Origin: Basidiobolus meristosporus CBS 931.73
Taxonomy: Eukaryota; Fungi; Basidiobolomycota
DNA length: 42,928 nucleotides
Direction of reading: 5' to 3'
Assembly (NCBI GenBank): GCA_002104905.1
Contig: MCFE01000710.1
Location: forward strand, 1-42,928
Made by a program: the position numbers and the translations under genes. Below, one piece after another: positions 1-11,917 of the stretch. The notes beneath the pieces are model-generated. The model was not told the origin of the DNA. It worked only from the letters and a program-made list of their open reading frames with translations, and made no database searches. The stretch's first letter is position 1. Each line of letters opens with the position of its first letter.

Positions 1-972
1 TTCTGTACGGTCACGCGGTCACCACCGAGTCTACCAGGCATCTTCTTGCCCTTGAACACTTTTCCAGGATCCTGGATAGCAGAACGATGTTAGCTGTGGG
101 ATGGGTCATGGACCAAGCTTAGTTGTGTGCTTACAGTTCTCTGACCGGTGGAACCAATAGATCTGTGTGAGAGGGAGACACCGTGGGTGGCTCTGAGACC
201 CTTGAAGCCCCAACGCTTCATACCACCAGCGAATCCTTTTCCGAGACTGCCATTCGATTAATTACTGGAAACCAGGAAATCACGCTTTGAAGGAGGGACT
301 TACGAGGTGGCGGTGACATCGACGAACTGGCCGGGGACGAAGTGGGCCGCACTGATGGGGGTTCCTGGGAGGGGGGAGAAAAGGGTCAACAACCGGAACA
401 GGCAACGGGAACAACTTTCAAGCAGGTACCAAGTGGTAAGAGGCCGTCCTTCGACACGACGAACTCCATAAGCTTCTTCTTGGGATCGACGCCGTTCTTC
501 TCGAAATGACCCCGAAGAGGTCTGGTGGTGCTGGCGATTCTCTTGTTGTAACAACCGATTTGGACGGCGTTGTAGCCGTGCTTGTCCTCGGTTCTTCTGT
601 CCACCACTTGGTTCTCTTTGAGCTACGGTGGGGAGTTCGTTAGTTCAAGGGAACCCCACACGGTAGGGTAGACACTTCACTTACATGCAACACGGTAACG
701 GGTACACGAACACCCCATTCATCCCAAATGGCGGTCATTCCGGACTTCAAGCCAATGGCACCGGTCCGGATGGAATCTTGGGTGTATTGTTTAGGGTTCT
801 TTTTGAGAATTCCAAAGGCCTTGTCGGCGCTTCTTAAGGGCTTTTGGGCATAAGGACCGGTTCTCAAGTAACGCACCTGGGACACGGCCCGTGCGGCAGG
901 GGAGGAGGCTTTTTGCAGGGAGAGGGAGGAAAATCTCTGGAGTAGGACGCCCATGGAGGAAGTAGACTGCAT
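1..972 (-). CDS. MRPL3: Mitochondrial 54S ribosomal protein L3 (uL3m; yeast MRPL9 / human MRPL3), 3'-truncated by window edge; exons about 972-685, 622-430, 364-304, 246-135, 71-<1
   Basis: Spliced translation gives uL3 motifs [83 protein letters not shown]. Four GT..AG introns of 57-65 nt join the frames. The N-terminus is basic and Ser-rich (presequence-like). Confidence 0.93.
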
Positions 973-1174
973 CTTGTTGACGGTGGAGCAGTTACAAAAA
1001 GACTCTTGCCAAACAACTCTGACCAAACTTTTCGATGGCTGGATGAATTCAAAATTTTTCCCGCTCCACCCATCGCGGGAGGATTTTTTCGGGGGTACGA
1101 TTGCTCGGGGATTCGTTTAAATAGGGGTTTGGTTTATTCACGCATTTAATCGTTTGGCTTAAATGGGAGGGGAA

Positions 1175-2514
1175 TCAACTATCGCAGCCACTGCTCTCCA
1201 GGTGACTCCATCTATATGCCTTGATCACCCCGATGTAGTGAAACATGGCTCCTATCACCACGAAAACGTGGAAGATCTGGTGGGAATGGCCCCAGTAATC
1301 GAACCTCCCTGGATACCATCTCTCTGGGATCCTATCAACCAGTAAACGTTACCACCATGCCATGAGCAGCCAAGCAAACCAACAAACTCACCGACTAGCA
1401 TAAATAAGCGCCCCACTGACGTATGTCAGTCCCATCGACGCGAACCACTTCAGGGAAAGCTTCTGAACGGCGTTTGCCCACTGGATGGTAAGAAGGAGGT
1501 CGGTCACTAACAAGGCCCGCACATCGATGCTACCTGCGCCTGCTTACCCCGTTGACCCAGATGGCATGTCCAAGCGGCAATATGCCCGACAGCCCCATGG
1601 CAAGGAACAGATTGGTTCTGATCCAACGGTACTCCGGCGTTCCGAATTTCTTAGCTATACTCATGACGCCCTTGGGGATTGGTTGTGTTGCAGAACTGGC
1701 AATTAATGGCCTGGGCTAGCGTAGAAGTCGGGCGTTGTATCACTCACCGTAGCAGACCCAAAGATAATGATGAACGACAGATACACTATCTTCCACTTGG
1801 TGGTGCAGTAGAAAGCTGCGCGTGATTTAGTTACCGGGTACTAGAGATACTTCAATGGGAACACCTATACCATAGTTGATGGCAGGGAAATACGACCCCC
1901 TAAGAAGTTCACAGGTGGTGAGCCACGGTCATAGTATAGCAAACGTGTCGAAGGAACACCTACACAATCAGAAACACAATCCCAACGTAGTCGCACCTAT
2001 TCCAGTTCACCGAAACCTACGTAGACACATGTGCAAGGTTGAGCGGTTCCCAGTGGCACATTCGCTGACAGACACAATGTTTGAAGCGTACCTTTTCCGA
2101 GTGACAGAGAAAGAGATGAAAAAGGGCTGAGCAGCACAGACAAGCAATGGCGCCGGCTATGTAGATGTACATGACGGCGAAGTCGGTCCAGTCCGTGGTT
2201 TCGTGCTGGGGGAGAATCTCCTTGGCGGTGAAAAAGGCCATATACAGAAAGAGAACAACCCCCAAGAGGTGGGAGTAAACGTTTCCCGTTTGGTTGTGGA
2301 TATACAACAAGGAGTGGGCGCACTTTAAATAGGAAAAGGTAGGGGGACGGTAGCCTGTCAGGATGTAGTTGTTGTCTTTCATCCATTTGGGTAGCTCGCT
2401 GAAGCTCAGCAACAACGAAGAGAACCGAGAGCTGACCTCTCTGCCGGTTGGGGAAATGAAAGCAGCCTTCTCCTCCAGCTTCGTCTCCATCGGGCGATTT
2501 CTAAGCTTGACCAT
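1175..2514 (-). CDS. PAQR/adiponectin-receptor family membrane protein (IZH-like, hemolysin-III related), multi-exon
   Basis: N-terminal [28 protein letters not shown] and [11 protein letters not shown]; C-terminal [22 protein letters not shown]. These are PAQR Zn-binding motifs. Stop TGA at 1177-1175. Confidence 0.92.
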
Positions 2515-3163
2515 GAGCGGAAAATACAAGTGCTGCTCTCCTTTACTCTAAAGGGTTCGGTAAAATGTTTTACGAACAAACGTAATATCAAGTCAAAATT
2601 GGAACAACCCATGTGATGAAGGTGCTGGCTGCCTATAAGTATCTGAAAGCTACATGCACTTGCACCTGCTGTCCAATCTGGTTTAGGGCAGCATTTTAGG
2701 TGAGATTTGTACCAGGGAACACATAAACCTATCGTTGCATCTAGATACGATATCCAGGAATGTTGGGTACTAGTAAAGGAACGGGACACTGCAGCCTGGG
2801 GCGAACATTGGATAAATGTTGGTTATTTTACTCACCAAAAATGTGCACAATTCCGGGTATTTCCAGTCTCCCCATTAGGTATATCTCCGGAATACTTGAT
2901 TGGACCACCAAATTCTAATAATAACGACGAAAAATCTGAAAACCCTGAAAAATCTCTTCCAAGTTACACCAAGGCAGATCAAAAATCCCATCTGTTTTTC
3001 AACCATATCACGAGCAAATCATTCTCGAACACTGGGTCCAAATTGGTGCTTCTGTGCTTCCTTGTACTCACCCACCGCCATCTCTTGACAGCGAAACCCT
3101 ACTTCCTACACCGTAGTGTCCGAGTAAACAGAACCACCCGGAATATCGTGTGGAACAGTCACC

Positions 3164-4463
3164 ATGCCCAAACCCAGCCACGCCAAGATGGGCCAGCTTT
3201 CCAACCCACCATCTGCCCCGATTCCCCCGTCAACCACACCCAAGAATCCGTTTTCCAGCGAGGAAGATTCGGATTCTTCTTCGCACTCCACTCACACGCA
3301 GCCTTCTAGAAGTGCCGAGCCAGGTAATCTTGTCCTTGCTTGGTTGTGGGAGCTTCCATGTACTCAAGTGATTTAGGTCTAGGTGCACCTCCACGTTTCA
3401 GGGAATCCCCTTACGCTGTTCCAAAGCTTCAACAGCAGCAGAGAGACCGTTTCCCCCCAAGACTGGCTGCCCAGAGAAACCGCTCGTATAGCACCACTTC
3501 ATCCACAAACTTGTCGATCCACAAAAGCCCTCCATCAGTCAACAGCTTCCGGATCAACCCAAACCCACCCACCCATCGAGCTTCTAGCAGACAACGAGAA
3601 CCTCTAGAAAGCAGGCCAGCTGAAACCGTTCTCATGGATCAGGGTGAGGCCAAGAGTCGATCCGGAAATGTCACATTCGATACAGCCAGTGACATCCCAT
3701 TAGAGGAGCTCGATGAGTCCCGTGACAGATATTCCAGAGAACTCCCACCCGGGTTTGGTGACGACGAGAGCAGAAGCTCGTATGAGCTGTTAGAGGCCTA
3801 CGAGGATTCGGAGAAAAGGGGCCGTCAATCGAAAAGGGCGAAAGCTTGGCCATTCTGCTGTATTCCGTGTTGTACGGCCAAGTTCTGTGTGTCGATAACG
3901 TTCATTATTTTCGTCGGGGCGATAATTGTGTTGTGTGTGTTCCTGCCACGAGTCCCGTCCTCGGCGATTATGTCCATCCAGGTTGTGGGGGAACCAATGG
4001 TTTCGGGGGTAGCGGATCAGGAGCCTCCCTACACATTCAATGTCAGCACATCTCTGTCGGTCGTCTTCAACAATATCAACCAATACCCAGTGACCATCAG
4101 CAATTTGGACGTGAATGTATGTATGCTTCGAACTGACCACCAGTGGCCTTCGTTCTGACTCTTCCCTTGTAGGCATTCCCCAAAGACGGCTATGCTTTGC
4201 TGGGGCATACGACGGTGCGCAACATCTATCTTCCGAGCAATAGAATGACCTTTGTGAACATACCTCTGAACATGAGCTACGTCTGGTATCAATCCGAGGA
4301 CAAGGTGTGGACCGCATTCGCGTTCGCGTGCAAGCCAGAGCTCATCTACCTTTCGCAGAAGAACCTCATGCCCTTGCGGTTCACCAACACTATATCAGTT
4401 CACGGTCTGGTAAAAAAAACTCCCATACAATGGCAAGGAGAATTCGTTTGCCCTGACCAATAA
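3164..4463 (+). CDS. Type II single-pass membrane protein: disordered N-terminus, Cys-rich juxtamembrane segment, LEA_2/NDR1-HIN1-like lumenal domain; 3 exons
   Basis: Exon 1 (3164-~3322) splices in frame via GTAATC..TTTAG to GLGAPPRF; a second intron GTATGT..TGTAG lies near 4117-4171. WPFCCIPCC precedes one TM helix (ISITFIIFVGAIIVLCVFLPRVP), followed by the beta-rich NINQYPVTISNLDV pattern typical of LEA_2. Confidence 0.7.
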
Positions 4464-5572
4464 TCCATTCATGTACATTCGTTTCTCCCAGCTGTCATCT
4501 GTCCATATCATTGAACGACCTGTTAATAAATCCCAGGTAACCTACGTAATAAACATGTGATTTAATGGATTCAGATGATCAGCATTCACACCAACACAAA
4601 ACCTCATCAATCACAGACGAGCGGTGACTGGAAAACCTGATCTAATTCTCCATCACATGATGTTGCTGCCAGCAGTCTCCAGAATGGAGCGTAGACATTG
4701 CGTGGAGCCCCCTGCCTGCAGGGAGCCATAGCAAAATATCAGGCGACGGTATGAATGGCCGAGTTTACCTGGGAAATACCCTGGTAACCGTCCCGATTAA
4801 TCCAATTATTGCGGAACAGAATACGTCCCAATTATACCGAAATAGGAAGTCGAATTATTTTCGCAGCATGGGTTTCTCGGCCAATTATGACGATTTAGCT
4901 TTCTGGAAGACTGGTCCTAGATAGTAGAGTGTATGTATTAAGCAACAACCAATCACCGTCACTCTCAGGAGCTAGGTCTTTAGCCTTCTGGTAACCAATA
5001 AGCAGGCCGAAAGGAACATTTGGCATTAGCATTCTAGATTCCGACCGTACCTCGATCAAGTGCCTCGAATCTCGGGAAATCAACATTGTCTAGCTCGCTC
5101 TGTACAATTACCTTGACAACATGCAAGGGGCGGGGGTTCGGGAATAAGGGGCACATCCCCTGGTCATATGGTACAGATGCTGGGTATACCGGGCGGGTGG
5201 TCAGTCAAGCGGGTAACTCAAGACTATTGTATTTATATTACTATGCTACACAGATTAGCTCAAGTACTTGTATTGCTATCCTGCACAGATTAGCTTATCT
5301 TGGAATGCACACTATGGCTCCATATGCGGCAAGAATCCAACTAGTCTTCTGTATTACACTAGACTCCCGTTTAGTCACTTCCTTATATGGCCGATTATCC
5401 TTGAATTTTTTTCTACCCAAATCTGCTTATAAGCAGTAAATCCCCACGGACGATTCCCATCCACTCTCCACCCGTATAATTAGATTAATACCTGGCCAAC
5501 ATTGAGCATCAGGCTACTTTTGCACCAGTCTTTATTTGCACATATTGTTATATATCAACCACATCATAGATC

Positions 5573-6151
5573 ATGCCTGGAGCCAGCATTCATCAGCACC
5601 CCACGATTCCCAAAGATACTCTCAACTCTGCCACTTTCGTGGCCGACGTTATAACGCACATGTGGGGAAACAACCCATACGGCGCGACTGCAGCCTTCCG
5701 CAACTTCTGCGCTCGCCTGTTTCAAATCACCCAACCATCCGCCTCCACTTTGAAGTTGGCCCTTAATTACGTCTATCGCTACAAGGAGACCGAGCCACTT
5801 TCCCTCGGGCTCCTGGGGACCGAGTACTACATCGTGGTGGTTGCGTTGATGCTCGCCAACAAATACCACGAGGACAAATGCTACAGTAACCGCAGCTGGG
5901 CGAAGGTGTCGGGACTTGATCTCATCCAACTCTCCCAAATGGAGCTTGCCGTTCTGGCCACGTTCGGCTGGAACATCAAGGTAGAGAAAGACGAGTTTGA
6001 TGCGTGGACCCAGTTTTTGGATCAATACTGGTCTGCAGTGATCGCCTTCCGCACCCAACACGCCCTGGTCCCCGAGGAGTGCCACGGCTCCAACGACTGT
6101 CGTCGCCAAAGCTTTGTATCCTCGGAGTCGGTCGCCCCGTCTGTCTTGTAG
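5573..6151 (+). CDS. Pho85/PCL-type cyclin (cyclin box only), intronless, 192 aa
   Basis: Cyclin-box motifs LKLALNYVYRY, VVALMLANKYHEDKCYSNRSWAKVSG and LSQMELAVLATFGWNI. Confidence 0.88.
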   Translation: MPGASIHQHPTIPKDTLNSATFVADVITHMWGNNPYGATAAFRNFCARLFQITQPSASTLKLALNYVYRYKETEPLSLGLLGTEYYIVVVALMLANKYHEDKCYSNRSWAKVSGLDLIQLSQMELAVLATFGWNIKVEKDEFDAWTQFLDQYWSAVIAFRTQHALVPEECHGSNDCRRQSFVSSESVAPSVL

Positions 6152-6826
6152 CATCCCAATATCAGCATTATACCCGATACCCTGCCGACCCTGCCACTTG
6201 TCCTATAACTTAATATCTCATCGGCGTTGCTGTCACCAGCAATACTTGTAATATTCATAGCCTTAAATAGAACAGTACATCACCTCATTTCACCATGCAT
6301 ACTTGTTATCATAATCAATAAATTAGACGCGCTATTTACGACACTATCACCACATATCAATTGGACCAGATCATGAATCTAGAATCATGCGATGGAATTG
6401 ACTATTCACCCACCGGCTGAACCAAATCAACCTTTGAACTGAAATCGTACAACTGTGTGTATATATGGAAATCTAGATGGGTGTTGTTTAGTCGGCGCAA
6501 CACGCTCTGTCCCGGAAGCTGTGTTTCATCGGTTGTGGCACAGGCAAGGGGTGGTTGTTTGCAACAAGTGGGATCAGTCACAAACCGGTCTCAGGCTATG
6601 CCGCAAATCAATCAATTCTTGAATGACCACGCTTACCGTCATATGACAAGCATGGCGGACTTGTGCCAATCGCACGCTAAAGACATGAGTCAAACCATTT
6701 CTCACCACCCGCTACACTGACGTACACCCACCTTGATTATCCCAAGATTCTCGCGCAGCAGAGCAAACAGTTCCACCCCGACCCTTATTGGTAAGCACTT
6801 TTCTTCCTCACAAGAGAGTGATCACC

Positions 6827-9358
6827 ATGACTTCCCAGTATAGCGCCTTGGCCCAAGACGAGCAAGAAAATCCAGACCCGGTCGTGGGCGACACGACATC
6901 TCGCCACCGGAACACGGAAAGAACCCCTTTATTACAAGGGGAGAGTGTGCGCGACCACTCGAACAGGGCCCAGAAAGTTGGTCCCGCCACCACCACCACA
7001 CAGGAGAACGTTTCTTCCGAATCGAATGTACATAGTTACCAAATTGCTTTTCACACACTCACCACTCGCTGGAAGGACCTGCAGCCTCAATACAGGTGGC
7101 TGATCATCGCTGGAATAATCCTCCTCTCCCAGGTCCTCCTGGGTCTTGTTGTAGTATACGGGGTGGTGCCTTGGGTGGCCCAGAGAGCCCTGAACCACTC
7201 GAAAATCGTCTTCCTCTCCACCAATATCACACAGCCCAAGCCGGATTCTTTCATGATGGAAGTGTCGGCTATACTGGAAAATGTTGGTCGGATACCTGCT
7301 ACCTCTCAGCCAACTAGCGTCGATATTTACTACAAAGAGCAGCACATTGGCAGGGCGGACATGCCCGGGATGCTGATTAGTTCTGACTCGGGGCCATTCG
7401 AAATCGCCACCAAGTTTGTGGCCCTTGATCGCACTGCATTGGGGGTTTTCGCCGCGGACATGGTCGCATTGCCAAAAATCACTTGGACAATGAAAGGCAA
7501 TGTGGATGTAGTGGCTAAAGGGCTTCATGTCCGGGGCCTAAAGCTCGATAAAGAGGTGACATTGGAAGGTTTGTTCAATCACATAGATATTCGTTGATGT
7601 GGACTTTGCTGACACGAATTTGTTGCCAGGGTTGAACGGGGCGAAAAACATCACTCTGAACTCCTTCGATCTACCTGGAAACGATCCGACTGGCGGAATC
7701 CATCTCGAAGCCTCTTCTACGCTGTTCAATCCGTCCAACATTTCCTTGGAAGTCGGGGTGATGAGGATGGGGATTTTTTACCAGGGCGTTAAAATGGCCA
7801 ACGTCACGGCGGAGGATGTCAGATTGTATCCTGGCGAAAACACACTGAATCTGAGCGGGAGCATGCTTCCATTAGACAAGAAGGCTTCAGCCGTAGCATC
7901 CAAGTTCTTTTCCCGGTATCTGTCCGGAGAGGAGTCGATCATCACCGTCGGTGGGCTCGAGAACTCTTCCCCTATTCCATGGCTTGATCGTGCCTTTCAA
8001 AGTCTCCGGGTGGATGTTCCGTTTCGAGCACCAGTGGCACCGGACCTGATTGAAGGGTTGGATGTGGGCCAGCTGGCCATCCATTTTACCAAATCCAATG
8101 CATATATGCCCTCGACCAATGGGAGTGTTGTGGCAGCAGTCAAAATGCCATTTGATTTCCCCATCGCAATCGAGTCGTTGGGACAAACGACACAACTATG
8201 CATGGCAACCTTTGGAGCGGATGATTGGTGTATACCCTTCGCAGAACTTCAAGTCCCCTTATTGCCAGTAACCACCACTACGGAGGCGGGGTTGATCTAC
8301 GTCAACAGCACCTTTGACAGCGTGCCACTCAAGGTTCTCGAATACCAAGAGGATATGTTCCGGTACTTCATCATGGCCACCTTCTTCAACCAAGAGAATA
8401 TTTTGGGGTTCACCGGGAATGTCGAGACCACGGCCAAGGCAGCAATCGGAGAGCTCGACCTTAAAGACATCAAGTTCACCAAGTATGTCAAGCTAAAAGG
8501 TATGTTTTCAAGCGGTCTAGCTTGACCACCGCCCAACTAATGCTCCATCTAGGTCTTGCCGGGTTCCACGACCCAGCCCCTGTGTTGACCGGTATGGAGA
8601 TATTGAAGGACATTGACAAGGTTACCTTTGCTGCGGACATCATCCTTTTCAACCCAACCAACTTCTCGGCAAAGATGGGGGACGTCTCGTTTGACCTGGA
8701 GTACAAGGACACGGTTATAGGCGAAGCATTCATCCCCAACTTCATGATCGTCCCTGGTAACAATTCGGTGAGTTGCAAGGGGAAGCTGCGGAAAGAAACG
8801 GATGATTACCTGCAGCAAAAGATCGAGGAGTTTTTGTCAAACTACGTGTCGGGCAGTGACAACGCACTAACTATCGTCGGGAACGACGCGTCCACGGACA
8901 TCGACTCCCTCAAGCCCATGCTGAAATCATTCCGGACCACCTTCAATGTGCCAGGGTCACACGACCAGCTGATGGACGAAGCGACTATGCATCTGCTCTC
9001 CAGAACGGCGGTCGTCAAGCTGTTCAACCCGCTAAAGTACACAGATATCAACATCAAATATCTCAATGCCACCTCCTTCTACGAAGGTTTGCCCGTGGGC
9101 CATGTGTTTGCCAACTTCACCGAGCCTCAATGGAATAATCAGTCCATTCTGATTCCCGCCGGAGGCGAGATCTATTCACCGAAATTACCGGTCTCTCTTG
9201 AATCCGGCGGGCTGAAATTGATCAAGAAGGCGTTGAGCAACGGGGGCCTCGCACTTGATATGGTTGCCAGATCTCTGGTAGAAATCAATGGAGTGGAGAT
9301 GTGGCTAACCTACGTCAACAGCAAAGTCCCCATTAAGGTGGTTGGGTGGTTCCTTTAA
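6827..9358 (+). CDS. DUF3712/Tag1-like single-pass membrane protein with tandem beta-sandwich repeats; 3 exons
   Basis: Three long ORFs are joined by GTTTGT..CCAG (~7569-7629) and GTATGT..CTAG (~8500-8552) introns. One N-terminal TM helix is followed by repeated motifs (LEGLNGAKNITLNSFDLPG, LFNPSNISLEVG, LFNPTNFSAKMGDVSF, KLFNPL). Confidence 0.75.
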
Positions 9359-9498
9359 GCGTACCTCATCCTCCCCTCGCCCACCGTGTATTTTATATCG
9401 CTAACAATCCACACTCATTCATTTGGCCTTTTGCCGGAAGAAGTAGGAAGTACCGCACGAAACACAAAACACGCAACATGTAATAAAAATTGAGTTGG

Positions 9499-9821
9499 TT
9501 TATCTTATCTTTATCAAATGAGATAGCCAACGTTCTGAATGACTATTCGGACAGTAAGCGTGACCAATTCTGGCAGGCATACCTATTAGTAACCCATGAA
9601 CCCATGTGTAAAATGACTTGGCCTGCCAAATGCCTAATCCAAATCCAAATCCATACACGATAAGCCTATCTCGTTTGGGAACGAGTGGAATGATCCATGA
9701 ATGTGCATTGGGTGTAGTAGTTTATTCATTCCCTCCTATTCGAATTTATTCATTCCCTCCTATTCGAATTGTCTGTAGTCGAATCTCCCACTAGATTGTT
9801 TGGCATATCTTGATTAGATAA
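9499..9821. promoter_or_regulatory. Cluster of HGATAR (GATA-factor) sites upstream of the purine permease
   Basis: At least 7 HGATAR matches on both strands: 9500-9515 (three, in TTATCTTATCTTTATC), 9521, 9659, 9666 and 9816. TATAAAA at 9932. Confidence 0.5.
9721..9768. repeat. Perfect 24-bp tandem duplication TTTATTCATTCCCTCCTATTCGAA x2
   Basis: Read directly in the sequence. Confidence 0.9.
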
Positions 9822-9974
9822 ATGTCCCGGAAGTAGCCATTGGCCCGGATTCATGCAACTGGATGAAGTGAGCACAAAAATTTTCATTCGAAAAATCTCC
9901 TAAAAAAGCCAACGAGTTCCTATGCGGGGTCTATAAAACGAGGCTTTGCACACTAGCATCTGTAACTTTTCATC

Positions 9975-11660
9975 ATGGGTTTTGTTGCCAAGTTGAACGA
10001 GGCAGTTGCTAAATCGCCAGTGGGCAGGTGGTTCAAGCTCCAAGGATCAGGTACCAACAAGGAACGAGCGAATACCAGATTCAGTTCGGAGATCCGTGCT
10101 GGTGTGGCTACCTTCGTTACCATGGCCTACATCATCTCGGTTAACTCTACCATCATTTCCCAGACTGGTGGCACCTGTGAATGTAATCCTCCTCCCGGCG
10201 CTACCGGGTCCGAAGCATTGTGTATTGGGGATCCAGTGTATGAAGCCTGTGTTAATGTGATTAAACATGACCTGATTACGGGGACGGCCGCCATTGCCTG
10301 TATCGCCTGCATAGCCATGGGCTTCTTTGCAAACTTGCCATTCGCGCTGGCTCCTGGTATGGGGATCAACGCCTACTTTACATACACCGTGGTTGGCTTC
10401 CACGGGAGTGGCAAGGTACCATACAGAACCGCTCTCGCTGCTGTCTGCATTGAAGGAATCATTTTTGTCATCTTATCTGCTATCGGGATTCGACAATGGC
10501 TGGCTAGACTCATTCCAAATTCGATCAAGGTCGCTACTGGTGCAGGTATCGGGCTTTACCTATGTTTCATTGGGCTTCAAAGCTCGGCTGGCATCGGATT
10601 AATCACAGCCGACTCCGCTACTCTGGTTACCCTTGGGGGATGTGCTCCATCGCATAAGAATAGCCAAGGGGTGTGTCAGTCAGGCAGGATGGAGGGGCCG
10701 ACAGTGTGGATGGGCATCCTAGGGTTTTTCCTGATCACCATGCTGACCTTGTTCAGAGTCAAGGGGGCAGTGTTGTGCGGAATCCTGGTTGTCGCCATCA
10801 CCTCTTGGTTCCGTGGAACTCCGGTTACCCATTTCCCCTACACCCCGGAAGGAAACGAGGCGTTCGATTTCTTCAAGAAGGTGATCACCTTCCATCCCAT
10901 TCAACACACCTTGGCCGCGTTCGACTTCGGGCTCAATCACAGCGAAGTTTGGGTCGCGCTTTTCACCATGCTCTACGTTGATATCCTCGATGCCACTGGA
11001 ACCATGTTCTCCATGGCGAAGTTCGGTGGATTCACCAAGGATAACGGTGATTTTGAGGGTATGGGCATGGCATTCATCGTCGATGGATGCACCATCATCA
11101 TTGGCTCGGTGTTTGGCGTTTCACCGGTTACCGTCTTTGTCGAATCTGGAGCCGGTATTACTGACGGAGGCCGAACTGGGATCACGGCGATAACCGTAGG
11201 GTTCTTTTTCTTCATTTCGCTCTTCCTTGCGCCGATCTTCGCATCGATCCCCCCTTGGGCCACCGGACCTGCTCTGATTGTCATCGGATCCATGATGACC
11301 AAGAGCGTGAAAGACATCAACTGGGACTATCTAGGAGACGCGGTTCCCGCCTTCCTTACCATCGCCCTTATGCCATTGACCTACTCGATTGCTTATGGGC
11401 TTATTGCCGGAATTGGCTCGTATATCGCCATTAACTTGACTGCCTGGCTTGTTGTTCGGGCTAGCTGTGGACGCATCACGCTGGATAGATCCCAGAAAGA
11501 GGCCTGGAATAATTTCAGAATGGATGACGGACAAAGAATCCTGGCTCCCTGGATCATTCGCCTCAAGAACAAGATGTTCGGAAAGCAAAAGTCGACGGAA
11601 GAGTTGAGCACAAAACTGGCGGTTCAAGACGAGATTGATAAGATCACCCGCCACATCTAG
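9975..11660 (+). CDS. azgA: AzgA-type (NCS2 family) purine permease, intronless, 561 aa
   Basis: EIRAGVATFVTMAYIISVN, ANLPFALAPGMGINAYFTYTVV, FVESGAGITDGGRTGIT, PAFLTIALMPLTYSIAYGL. Confidence 0.93.
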   Translation: MGFVAKLNEAVAKSPVGRWFKLQGSGTNKERANTRFSSEIRAGVATFVTMAYIISVNSTIISQTGGTCECNPPPGATGSEALCIGDPVYEACVNVIKHDLITGTAAIACIACIAMGFFANLPFALAPGMGINAYFTYTVVGFHGSGKVPYRTALAAVCIEGIIFVILSAIGIRQWLARLIPNSIKVATGAGIGLYLCFIGLQSSAGIGLITADSATLVTLGGCAPSHKNSQGVCQSGRMEGPTVWMGILGFFLITMLTLFRVKGAVLCGILVVAITSWFRGTPVTHFPYTPEGNEAFDFFKKVITFHPIQHTLAAFDFGLNHSEVWVALFTMLYVDILDATGTMFSMAKFGGFTKDNGDFEGMGMAFIVDGCTIIIGSVFGVSPVTVFVESGAGITDGGRTGITAITVGFFFFISLFLAPIFASIPPWATGPALIVIGSMMTKSVKDINWDYLGDAVPAFLTIALMPLTYSIAYGLIAGIGSYIAINLTAWLVVRASCGRITLDRSQKEAWNNFRMDDGQRILAPWIIRLKNKMFGKQKSTEELSTKLAVQDEIDKITRHI

Positions 11661-11917
11661 TCTGCCATACCTTCCCCAACCCAACCCACCTGTCTGTTTA
11701 ATTTTGTATACATTCTAATTGTCACCATGAGAAGGGTCGTTTTGTAAGTAGATTGATAATAAACATGCTACTCAGTATAGATTGACAATAACCAAGGATA
11801 TGGCACCTAGAGATTTTTCTGAATCCAATCCTGCCACAACCACAAACCGAATCGATGGTGAGATGGTGAGATGGTGATATTAATTGTGTATAGTAACTTG
11901 ATCCAATTGTTGTTTGC

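Noticed and set aside
2707-3309. 200-aa ORF in the PAQR/LEA_2 divergent region
   Set aside because: Non-ATG start, no domain signal, and it overlaps the true first exon in another frame.
5086-5439. 117-aa ORF upstream of the cyclin
   Set aside because: TTG start with no coding-like composition or motif; likely promoter/leader.
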